Origin: a virus
Taxonomy: Duplodnaviria; Caudoviricetes
Virus record (IMG/VR): IMGVR_UViG_3300021368_000936
Location: 1 to 54,653 of that record
Direction: 5' to 3' (one strand)
Length of the DNA: 54,653 nucleotides
Positions 46,602 to 54,653 of this stretch are shown piece by piece. Under the pieces are notes generated by a model that was given only the letters and a program-made list of their open reading frames with translations, was not told where the DNA came from and did not search any database. A program made the position numbers and the translations under genes. Position 1 is the stretch's first letter. Each line of letters begins with the position of its first letter.

Positions 46602-48157
46602 GCAAGATCATTAACGAGATAACTGTTGTCGGCGGTGGTAGTGCTGGGTGGATGACTGCTTCAACTCTTGCTAGGTTTTTTCCTAACAGAAAAATTACAG
46701 TTATTGAGAGTCCTGATATACCTATTGTCGGTGTAGGAGAAAGCACCTTAGGTCAAATCAATCATTGGTTGTATGCTTTGGGAATCAATGATGATGATTT
46801 CATGAAAGAATGTGATGCTTCGTATAAGTTGAGCATCAAATTTACAAACTTTTATAAGAAGGATGATGGTGGATTCCATTATCCTTTTGGTGCTCCATTT
46901 ATGAAGGACACTGAACTGGGGTATAACGACTGGGGTCTTGTAAAACTATTGTATCCAGCAGTCCCTAATATTGATTTTGCTCGGTGTTACAATCCTGCCA
47001 CTACTCTGGCAGAAAACAACAAAATCTCTATGAACACCAGAGGTGAGTTTGACAATTTCAATTTCAAGAAAGATACTGCTTATCACTTTGATGCCGTAAA
47101 GTTTGGTCAGTGGTTGAAGAATAATTATTGCCTTCCTAGAGGTGTAGTTCTAATCAACAAAAATGTTGAGAATGTAATTACAAATGATGATGGTATTGAG
47201 AAGTTGATTCTTGATGATGGTTCAGAACATACATCAGATCTATTTGTAGATTGTACAGGATTCAAGAGTCTTCTCTTACAGCAAGCAATGGATGAGGAGT
47301 TCATTTCTTATGAAGACATTCTGCCGAACAACAAAGCATGGGCAACTAAACTTCCATACACAAATAAGGACGAACAACTAGAACCATTCACAAACTCAAC
47401 TGCTCTATCTAATGGATGGGTTTGGAATATTCCTCTTTGGAGTAGGATTGGTACGGGATATGTTTATAGTGATAAGTTTACAACCAAGGAAGATGCCCTA
47501 GAGGAATTCAAGCAATACCTCGGTAGAGACGATTTAGATTTCAAAGAAATCTCTATGAGGATTGGTATCCATAAGAGAACCTGGGTAAAGAATGTAGTTG
47601 CTATTGGTCTGTCAGCAGGGTTTATTGAACCACTAGAAAGTAATGGTCTATTTACTGTCCATGAATTCTTACTTAAACTAGTCAAGTCTCTGTCCAAAGA
47701 ATCAATCAATCAGTTTGATAGAGACACATACAATCTGGTCACCAGAGATATGTTTGATGTCTTTGCTACCTTTGTATCTCTCCACTACAAATTGAGTGCC
47801 AGAGATGACACAGAATACTGGAGGTATGTTACAGAGAAGAGTGTGGAGAGAGAAGAGATCAATCGTATTCCTCAACTACAATCAGACTTCAGGAATCTTG
47901 CTCAAGCAAAGATGTACAACGAAGAGTTTGTATTGAATAGTGGTACACCTTATATTGCTATGGGCATGAACTATAGTATAATTAATGACCAGACTCTACT
48001 ATCATGGGAGTATTATCAAAATAAAAATTACAAAGAGATTGCTGACAGAGCGTACACTATGTTTAACAAACGAAAGTATTTGTGGCAACAGGCAGCATAC
48101 ATCTGCCCAACATTGAACCAATTTTTGGAAAATAAATATAACAGTGAGGTCGTTTAA
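46598..48157 (+). CDS. prnA: Flavin-dependent tryptophan-halogenase-family protein
   Basis: GGGSAG, VGVGEST, ASYKLSIKF (catalytic Lys), WVWNIP and FIEPLES motifs. Confidence 0.92.
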   Translation: MSKIINEITVVGGGSAGWMTASTLARFFPNRKITVIESPDIPIVGVGESTLGQINHWLYALGINDDDFMKECDASYKLSIKFTNFYKKDDGGFHYPFGAPFMKDTELGYNDWGLVKLLYPAVPNIDFARCYNPATTLAENNKISMNTRGEFDNFNFKKDTAYHFDAVKFGQWLKNNYCLPRGVVLINKNVENVITNDDGIEKLILDDGSEHTSDLFVDCTGFKSLLLQQAMDEEFISYEDILPNNKAWATKLPYTNKDEQLEPFTNSTALSNGWVWNIPLWSRIGTGYVYSDKFTTKEDALEEFKQYLGRDDLDFKEISMRIGIHKRTWVKNVVAIGLSAGFIEPLESNGLFTVHEFLLKLVKSLSKESINQFDRDTYNLVTRDMFDVFATFVSLHYKLSARDDTEYWRYVTEKSVEREEINRIPQLQSDFRNLAQAKMYNEEFVLNSGTPYIAMGMNYSIINDQTLLSWEYYQNKNYKEIADRAYTMFNKRKYLWQQAAYICPTLNQFLENKYNSEVV

Positions 48158-48159
48158 TC

Positions 48160-48762
48160 ATGGCATATGAAGCTATCTGGTATCACACCAGAATTCCCGA
48201 TAAAGTAATTGATCTGTTGACAGAAGACTTAGAGCAAGCAACTGAAGACACTCAGTTTTCGGAGTCGATGACTAAATCAGGTTCTGACTTTAAGATGAGA
48301 GACAGTTCCAATCTATGGGTTCCAGAAACTCATTGGGTATGTGGAATGCTTTGGCACTACATCCAGTTGGCAAATAGAAATAACTTTAGATATGATATTG
48401 ATGGGTTTGATAATGGATCTATTCAATACACTAGATATCAAGAAGGTAATTACTACAACTGGCATAAAGATGATGGTGTGTCAAATGCTTACACTCCTGT
48501 AGATGATCCTGAAGAAGACTTCATCAAAGGTAGTACACAAAAAATCAGGAAACTTTCTGTTACTGTTCAACTATCTTCTCACGAAGATTATACTGGAGGT
48601 GAAGTTCAGTTTCTGGAAAACAACAATAAAACTTTCTTTGCTCCGAAGAAGAAAGGAACTGTGATTGTATTTGACAGTCGTCTTCCACACCGAGCAAAAA
48701 AAGTGTTGACTGGAGAAAGACGTTCTCTAGTTGGTTGGGTTGTTGGTCCTCAGTGGAGATGA
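48160..48762 (+). CDS. Prolyl-4-hydroxylase/PKHD-type 2OG-Fe(II) oxygenase
   Basis: WHKD, RKLSVTVQL, YTGGE and FDSRLPHRAKKVLTGERRSLVGW motifs. Confidence 0.9.
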   Translation: MAYEAIWYHTRIPDKVIDLLTEDLEQATEDTQFSESMTKSGSDFKMRDSSNLWVPETHWVCGMLWHYIQLANRNNFRYDIDGFDNGSIQYTRYQEGNYYNWHKDDGVSNAYTPVDDPEEDFIKGSTQKIRKLSVTVQLSSHEDYTGGEVQFLENNNKTFFAPKKKGTVIVFDSRLPHRAKKVLTGERRSLVGWVVGPQWR

Positions 48763-48763
48763 T

Positions 48764-49336
48764 ATGAGAAAGTGGGATGACTGGTCTGTCATTCTAGTGC
48801 CCAATATGATAGACCCAATGTTTCTTTTCCAACCTATTCCTTGGGAAAGAGGGCAGTATACATATCATTATCCTGGACATGTTGTCATGGATAAAGATGA
48901 GAGGCAAGTCCCTGGTAGTATTTCTAGATACAACCACCCTCACTACCATGATATTTACTATCAAGTAAAAAAGAGAGTGGAACAATCTATCAATGAAGTT
49001 TTATATCCAACCTATTATTATGATAGGTTTTACTTCAAGAACCAGGAATTAGTTCCTCATAAAGATAGACCATCTTGTGAAGTTAGTGTTTCTCTACACT
49101 GTTCTAATAATCTAGATTATGGTTGGCCTATCTGGTTCGACACACCAGATGGAGATAAGATTCCTCTAGTTACGAATCCTGGTGATGCTGTCATATATAA
49201 AGGATGTGAGCGTGAACATTGGCGTGAACCAATGAAAGGTGATCATAAATCCTACTACCACCAAATCTTCTTCCATTATGTAAGAAGAGATGGACCGCAC
49301 ATTGAACATGCTTTCGACGCTCCTAATCGAAGATAA
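48764..49336 (+). CDS. 2OG-Fe(II) oxygenase-like protein
   Basis: HKDRPSCEVSVSL, PGDAVIYKG...HWRE and FFHYV; start corrected to ATG 48764 after GGAG. Confidence 0.82.
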   Translation: MRKWDDWSVILVPNMIDPMFLFQPIPWERGQYTYHYPGHVVMDKDERQVPGSISRYNHPHYHDIYYQVKKRVEQSINEVLYPTYYYDRFYFKNQELVPHKDRPSCEVSVSLHCSNNLDYGWPIWFDTPDGDKIPLVTNPGDAVIYKGCEREHWREPMKGDHKSYYHQIFFHYVRRDGPHIEHAFDAPNRR

Positions 49337-49339
49337 ATA
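49334..49339 (+). promoter_or_regulatory. Late promoter core TAAATA
   Basis: Upstream of the second glycine-rich gene. Confidence 0.65.
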
Positions 49340-49367
49340 CTTAAGAGACTAATACCGCCAGATAAAG

Positions 49368-50564
49368 ATGTCGAATTTAAATGTAGGTGAAGCTGTTGTA
49401 GGATCGGAGTTAAATCTACCGATCCATACAAACGGGTCTAGACCAGTTGCTCCCCCTGACGGTCATATGATCTTTAATCAGGAAGAGGGAAAAATTCAAG
49501 TTTATGATGGTGCCAACTGGTTGTCAATTGGTTCCACTAATTATGCTATGACTGCTAGTGGTCAGGTCACTACAACTGACTTGACTGGAGCAAATGCTGG
49601 TGACAGAGTTATCAAGTTTACTGGTAACGGTACATTGAATGTAACTGAGTCTTCTCCTGATAAAGGTGTTGATCTATTGATCATCGGCGGTGGCGGTGGC
49701 GGTGGTGGTGTTATCGGCGGTGGTGGCGGCGCTGGTGGCACTTTGTATAAGAGAAATGTTGTTCTACCTGCAGGTACTTACTCGATTACTATTGGTAGTG
49801 GCGGCATTGGTGGTAAAGGATGGAACCAACCAGACCAAGAAGGAAGAGCAGGAAACCCAACTACATTTATTGGTGGAGACATTATCTACGAAGCAGTAGG
49901 TGGTGGTGGCGGCGAAGCTCATGGTGGTTCTTCTAACCCTGGTTTTGCTGGTGCTGGTGGTTGTGGCGGTGGATCTGCTAACAGATCTAGACGTGGTGGT
50001 TCTGCTGTAGGCAATGCTTTCGGTTACATCGAAACTCTACAAACTCCACCTAGAGCTCCTACCAGTGATGCCTATGCTTCTGGTGCTGGTGTCCTAGGAA
50101 CTCACACGGGAAACACTGGTGGTAACGCTAGAGGTATTGTCAGAAGAGGTATCCAAGGTTGGCCTGGTGGAAACTGGGGTGGTGGTGACACAGGTGCTGG
50201 TGGTGGCGGTTGTGGTTACTGTGGTATCAACGGTGGAGCACCTAGAGACGTTGGTGGTCCTGGCGGATCTGGTTGCTACATGGAAATTGAAGGAACTCTA
50301 CAAGCATATGCTGGTGGTGGAGGCGGCGGTGTTCGTGGAACAGGTCGCCCTAGATCCACTGGTGGTGCTGGTGGAGGTGGTAAAGGAGGTAGAAATAGTT
50401 TGCTTCCTGGACCATATGGTTCGAACGTCGGTGAAGGTGCTGAAAATGGTCAGGCAAACACTGGCGGCGGTGGTGGCGGCGGTGGTTACAATGGTGGTAA
50501 CTCAAACATCATTGGTGCTACTGGTGGTCCTGGCGTAGTAATCGTCAGATATAGATACGTATAA
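49368..50564 (+). CDS. Glycine-rich fibre-tip/adhesin-like protein B (paralogue of 44379)
   Basis: MSNLNVG; RP...GHMIFN....IQVYDGANW; polyglycine runs; GGPGVVIVRY. Confidence 0.85.
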   Translation: MSNLNVGEAVVGSELNLPIHTNGSRPVAPPDGHMIFNQEEGKIQVYDGANWLSIGSTNYAMTASGQVTTTDLTGANAGDRVIKFTGNGTLNVTESSPDKGVDLLIIGGGGGGGGVIGGGGGAGGTLYKRNVVLPAGTYSITIGSGGIGGKGWNQPDQEGRAGNPTTFIGGDIIYEAVGGGGGEAHGGSSNPGFAGAGGCGGGSANRSRRGGSAVGNAFGYIETLQTPPRAPTSDAYASGAGVLGTHTGNTGGNARGIVRRGIQGWPGGNWGGGDTGAGGGGCGYCGINGGAPRDVGGPGGSGCYMEIEGTLQAYAGGGGGGVRGTGRPRSTGGAGGGGKGGRNSLLPGPYGSNVGEGAENGQANTGGGGGGGGYNGGNSNIIGATGGPGVVIVRYRYV

Positions 50565-50580
50565 TTAAGGAGTTTTTAAA

Positions 50581-50895
50581 ATGGATTTGACTTACGCTGC
50601 TTCTTTGACAAGTGATCAAAAGCAAGCAATCATTGATCTACTGAATCACATTACTGATGAAGAACCCTTCGGTCCTGGAGTCAGTTCCGATTGGGTAAAA
50701 GAAATGAGAGAAGTTCTACGATTGTCTACACCCAAAGATGCAGACATTCAGCAATGTAGAATGCTTCAACTCATCAACAGATCTGACAGTGGTGTTGGGT
50801 ATACTATCGATGACCTGACTTCACCAGAAGGTCTTCCTGTTGTTAGACTAGTAGGAACTACAGCACAACTCGACAAGTTGCTTGATAGTAAGTAA
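50581..50895 (+). CDS. Hypothetical protein, 104 aa
   Basis: AAGGAG RBS; ORF track. Confidence 0.75.
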   Translation: MDLTYAASLTSDQKQAIIDLLNHITDEEPFGPGVSSDWVKEMREVLRLSTPKDADIQQCRMLQLINRSDSGVGYTIDDLTSPEGLPVVRLVGTTAQLDKLLDSK

Positions 50896-51503
50896 TGCAA
50901 TTTGACATTTTGCCATTGTTCTCAAGTCCTCTTACACTAACTAAATTAAATCAAGATACTGATTCAATCTTAGAACAACTGAAAGAGACTGAGTATATTG
51001 ATACTTTAGATTCTACAAATCAACAAACAAATATTCAATCCAAGATATCTAAATCTAAAAACATTCTAGAATCTTTTCCTGCCTTACAAAAGGAAATTGT
51101 AGAACACTTATCTTCTTACATAAAAGATGTAATGAGATATGAGGATTTAGATTTCAAGATTACTAGTTCGTGGTCAACACTGACTCCACCAGGACATAGT
51201 GGAGAATCACACTGTCATAAAAATAGTTGGTTAAGTGGAGTTTTCTATCCTCAAGACGGTAGTAATATACTATTCTCAGATGGATATCAATTCTTCTATC
51301 ACGAACCATCAGAATATAATCTATGGAACTCATCTAAGTGGGCAATACCAGCAGAGAAAAATCTACTGATCTTTTTCCCAAGTCATTTGAACCATCAGAT
51401 TACTAGTAACACATCATCAAACAACCGTCATTCTATTGCTTTCAACGTGTTCCCACGTGGAGTATGGGGTGAAGGAGATTCAATAAATAGTACCGTATCG
51501 TAA
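50895..51503 (+). CDS. Putative 2OG-Fe(II) oxygenase (TIGR02466-like, HxH)
   Basis: LFSSPL, HCHKNSWLSGVFY, FFPSHLNH and RHSIAFN motifs. Confidence 0.85.
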   Translation: MQFDILPLFSSPLTLTKLNQDTDSILEQLKETEYIDTLDSTNQQTNIQSKISKSKNILESFPALQKEIVEHLSSYIKDVMRYEDLDFKITSSWSTLTPPGHSGESHCHKNSWLSGVFYPQDGSNILFSDGYQFFYHEPSEYNLWNSSKWAIPAEKNLLIFFPSHLNHQITSNTSSNNRHSIAFNVFPRGVWGEGDSINSTVS

Positions 51504-51518
51504 TTATTACTGATTATC

Positions 51519-51707
51519 ATGGACACAGCAGAACTCAGAAAGAATTTTGAAGAGCAACTTGCTAGCACCGACAAGCAAATTGCCGAACTAGAAGCGAACC
51601 TTGCTAAAGCAAGAGAGTATAAACTGAAACTAGCAGGTGGTCTAGAGACATTAGATCTTCTCAACCCACCCGAAGAAACTCCTGCTGAAGAACCAGCAGC
51701 AGAATGA
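51519..51707 (+). CDS. Small coiled-coil protein (possible fibre assembly chaperone)
   Basis: Heptad pattern; own late promoter TAAATA 51484-51489. Confidence 0.75.
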   Translation: MDTAELRKNFEEQLASTDKQIAELEANLAKAREYKLKLAGGLETLDLLNPPEETPAEEPAAE

Positions 51708-52402
51708 TAGATGCTAAAGAGTTTGATATCGACCTCTCTTCTTGGGAGGTCGATATTCTTCATGTTGGGCGGTGTCAAAACAGATTAATTAAAATTAAAA
51801 ACTTTTTTTCTAACCCAGACAAAGTTAGAGAGACTGCTTTAAATGCAGATCTTAAAAATACTATCATGGGAGAAGTCTCTTCTGTTCCTGGGTATGTGTC
51901 TAGGATAGGTGGAATTGATATGAAATTCTTTTCCCCATTTAGAGACATTATATATGATAAGATGAAGACTACTAATTTAGTTTTACACAATCCAAAGTCT
52001 TCTATGTTTACATTTCAAAAATACAAACCAGGAGAATTGTGTAGAACTTCTAGTTTGTATCCACACGTAGATTGGCAACACTATGCTTGTGTTTTATCAC
52101 TGAATACAAATGAAGAGCTAGAGGGCACTGAGAGTGGGACTGCTTTTTGTAGACACGTTCCTACTAACATGGAACATATATGTTCTGATGTAAACTATCG
52201 CTATGATCGAGTATCTAATAGAGATCAAACAATGGTTCCTCTAGATCCATCTACTTTTGATAGATGTGGTTGGTTAACCTATCACATAGAACCACATGAA
52301 TACAATACTTTACTAATGTATGAAGGTAAAGTATGTCACACACCATACTTCAATACTAACTGGAACTGTGATCGTATTACCTTCAATGGGTTTCTAAAAT
52401 AA
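51704..52402 (+). CDS. DUF6445-like DSBH oxygenase
   Basis: IKNFFSNPDKVR, PHVD, GTAFCRH, YNTLLMYEG..CHTPY and RIT motifs. Confidence 0.75.
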   Translation: MIDAKEFDIDLSSWEVDILHVGRCQNRLIKIKNFFSNPDKVRETALNADLKNTIMGEVSSVPGYVSRIGGIDMKFFSPFRDIIYDKMKTTNLVLHNPKSSMFTFQKYKPGELCRTSSLYPHVDWQHYACVLSLNTNEELEGTESGTAFCRHVPTNMEHICSDVNYRYDRVSNRDQTMVPLDPSTFDRCGWLTYHIEPHEYNTLLMYEGKVCHTPYFNTNWNCDRITFNGFLK

Positions 52403-52409
52403 CCCGTCC

Positions 52410-52415
52410 TAAATA
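52410..52415 (+). promoter_or_regulatory. Late promoter core TAAATA
   Basis: Intergenic, upstream of gp13. Confidence 0.7.
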
Positions 52416-52440
52416 GTATTAGGGAATTTGTGTAAGATAC

Positions 52441-53271
52441 ATGGCATCGCCAAGCACTAGGCAGGAACTAATTGATTACTGTAAACGTCAGTTGGGTGCT
52501 CCTGTATTACAAATCAATATTGCTGATGAGCAAACTAGTGACATCATTGACGATGCCATTCAGTTCTACCATGAACATCATTTTGATGGACTTGAGCAAA
52601 TGTATCTCAAGCATAACATCACTGATAGTGATATTTCTAGGTTCACTACACAGAATGAAGTTACACAGACTTCTGGTACAGACGCCACTGGTTGGGAACA
52701 CAGAAAGAACTTCCTAGAGATCCCCGATCATGTGATGGGTATCAGTAAAGTATTTGGTGTGTCATCAAACTTCGTTCGTAACGAACTGTTTGGTATGACT
52801 AACCAGTTCTTCCTGATGGATATGTTCTCCTTCTCGAATGGATTCAAGATGGGGAACTTTGACTTGACCAACTTCTATATGGTCAAACAGTATTTTGAAA
52901 CTCTAGATCAAGTTATTAACACTGGTTCTTTCGTACAGTACAGATTCACCAAGAGGCAGGACAGACTGTACATTGATATTGATACAAGCAGACTAGTGGA
53001 AGGTAACTGGATCTTAATTGATTGCTGGGGTGCTATTGATCCAGATACTTACACCCAAGTATATAATGATTCATTTGTTAAAAGGTATGCTACTGCCCTG
53101 ATGAAGCGACAGTGGGGAGCAAACCTCATCAAGTTTAATAATGTACAACTTCCTGGTGGCATCACTCTCAACGGTCGTCAGATCTGGGAGGATGGAAACA
53201 GAGAAGTTCAGCAACTTGAGTCAGAAATGCTGACCAAGTATTCCCTTCCACCTATGGATATGATCGGATAA
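52441..53271 (+). CDS. gp13: Neck protein gp13
   Basis: LIDYCKRQLGAPVLQIN and KRQWGANLIKF...LPGGITLNG motifs. Confidence 0.95.
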   Translation: MASPSTRQELIDYCKRQLGAPVLQINIADEQTSDIIDDAIQFYHEHHFDGLEQMYLKHNITDSDISRFTTQNEVTQTSGTDATGWEHRKNFLEIPDHVMGISKVFGVSSNFVRNELFGMTNQFFLMDMFSFSNGFKMGNFDLTNFYMVKQYFETLDQVINTGSFVQYRFTKRQDRLYIDIDTSRLVEGNWILIDCWGAIDPDTYTQVYNDSFVKRYATALMKRQWGANLIKFNNVQLPGGITLNGRQIWEDGNREVQQLESEMLTKYSLPPMDMIG

Positions 53272-53272
53272 G

Positions 53273-54394
53273 ATGCCAACATCACCCTATTTTCCTACTT
53301 ATTACAGCGGTTATTCTGGCGAGCAAAATCTCGTACAGGATCTCGTTGACGAACAGATCAAACTGTTTGGATCAGATATCTACTACATGCCAAGGACAAT
53401 CCTAAAGGATAATACTTTGGATGATATCATCTATTCAAAGTATGAGTCTCAGTTTCAAATTGAGATGCTACTAGAGAATGTTACTGGATTTGGAGAGACA
53501 TCTGAGTTCATCAGTAAGTTCGGTCTACGTATTACAGATGAAGTAAAGTTCCGAGTATCCACAAGACGCTGGGACGAAGCTTCGGATGGATATGATCTGA
53601 CTGTAGATGGTAGACCTAATGAAGGGGATCTTCTATACTTCCCTCTCACAAAAGACTTGTATGAGATCAAGTTTGTAGAAAGAGAGCAACCTTTCTATCA
53701 GATGGGTAAGCTCCAGTTCTATACAATGACTGCCGAGATCTATGAGGTTGGTAGTGATAGCATCGAAACTGGCGTTGCCGAGATAGATGTTATTGAAACA
53801 ACTCAATCTAGTTCTATTAAACTCTTCATGGATCCTGGTGGCACAGGAGACTTCGTTGTTGGCGAAGAAATCGTTGGAGATGAGTTTCTTGCTAAGGCAA
53901 CAGCAAGCATTGATAGTGGTGCCGTAGATAATGTGACTGTGACAGACACAGGTCTGTACTACAACCAGGCATTACCACCAACAGTCACATTCTCTGGAGG
54001 AGGAGCAACTACAGATGCTACGGGTACTGCTACGGTCTCTGCTACTGGGCTTATTACTGGTGTTGTCATATCAGATGGTGGCGCTGGGTATACTTCTGAA
54101 CCTACTGTCACAATTGACTACTCACCCAAAGACAATAGAGCAGATGTCAAGTCCTGGGATAGTGCTACAAGAGCACTCGAAGTCATCAACAGAACAGGAA
54201 CGTTCACTACAGCTGAACTAGTTACTGGTCTAACCTCTGGTGCCAAGTGGAGTCCTGAGTCGTTTAACACTCTAAATAATACCAACAGCAACTACGATCA
54301 GAACTTCGAGATCGAACAAGAGGCTGATGAATTAGTCGATTGGGGTGAAGTTAATCCCTTCGGTGAATACGGTAACTTTATGGATTCATTCTAA
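53273..54394 (+). CDS. gp14: Neck protein gp14
   Basis: EQNLVQDLVDEQIKLFG, SKFGL, RPNEGDLLYFP, PFYQMGK and NPFGE motifs. Confidence 0.95.
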   Translation: MPTSPYFPTYYSGYSGEQNLVQDLVDEQIKLFGSDIYYMPRTILKDNTLDDIIYSKYESQFQIEMLLENVTGFGETSEFISKFGLRITDEVKFRVSTRRWDEASDGYDLTVDGRPNEGDLLYFPLTKDLYEIKFVEREQPFYQMGKLQFYTMTAEIYEVGSDSIETGVAEIDVIETTQSSSIKLFMDPGGTGDFVVGEEIVGDEFLAKATASIDSGAVDNVTVTDTGLYYNQALPPTVTFSGGGATTDATGTATVSATGLITGVVISDGGAGYTSEPTVTIDYSPKDNRADVKSWDSATRALEVINRTGTFTTAELVTGLTSGAKWSPESFNTLNNTNSNYDQNFEIEQEADELVDWGEVNPFGEYGNFMDSF

Positions 54395-54653
54395 TGCTTG
54401 GGGCACACTTTTATAACGAAGCTACCCGTAAGACGGTTATTGGTTTCGGTACACTATTCAACAATATTGAACTCAAGAAAGTAGATCCCAACACAGGTGA
54501 TGTGTTGGAGGTTGAAAAGGTTCCTCTTGCTTATGGACCTAAGCAGAAGTTCTTGACACGTCTGGAGCAGAACCCAGATGTATCAAATAAAGTTGCTATC
54601 ACACTACCACGTCTCTACTTTGAGATGACTGGTATTACATATGACTCTGCTCG
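54394..54653 (+). CDS. gp15: Tail sheath stabiliser / tail terminator gp15 (partial)
   Basis: MLGAHFYNEATRKTVIGFGTLFNNI...VPLAYGPKQKFL...TLPR; runs off the window. Confidence 0.92.
   Translation, partial: MLGAHFYNEATRKTVIGFGTLFNNIELKKVDPNTGDVLEVEKVPLAYGPKQKFLTRLEQNPDVSNKVAITLPRLYFEMTGITYDSA

Noticed and set aside
44690-50520. GGT/GGC runs as microsatellite, CRISPR or DGR template/variable repeats
   Set aside because: They encode polyglycine. Differences between the paralogues are not adenine-specific, there is no reverse transcriptase in the window and no repeat-spacer structure.
1-54653. tRNA, rRNA, intron, intein or homing endonuclease
   Set aside because: No cloverleaf, interrupted core gene or HNH/GIY-YIG/LAGLIDADG motif was seen by eye; tRNAscan-SE and Infernal would be needed to exclude them formally.

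Overview
This window is from a T4-like marine cyanomyophage (Kyanoviridae-type), with all credible genes on the + strand. It has four parts. (1) 1-5520 is a dense array of small hypothetical genes. It includes a putative early region (2340-5520) driven by a repeated two-box, host-sigma70-like promoter, preceded by three tandem cyanobacterial-type DnaA boxes and an AT-rich hairpin leader in front of a KTSC-like gene. (2) 5700-44337 is the baseplate/tail module: PAAR-like tip, gp25, gp6, giant gp7, gp8, a VrlC-like protein, and 1413-aa and 3392-aa fibre proteins, mostly behind T4-type late promoters (TAAATA). (3) 44379-52402 is an accessory island with two paralogous glycine-rich fibre-tip proteins, six 2OG-Fe(II)/DSBH oxygenases and a flavin-dependent halogenase. 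(4) The window ends with neck/tail-completion genes gp13, gp14 and partial gp15. Four observations stand out: two tandem phycobiliprotein-like domains in the 3392-aa fibre that keep both bilin-site-like cysteines; a nested 'Russian-doll' domain stalk inserted into one of them; an amicyanin-type blue-copper motif in the 1413-aa virion protein; and the oxygenase/halogenase island co-located with the fibre tips. All family assignments come from motif recognition by eye; no database searches were run.
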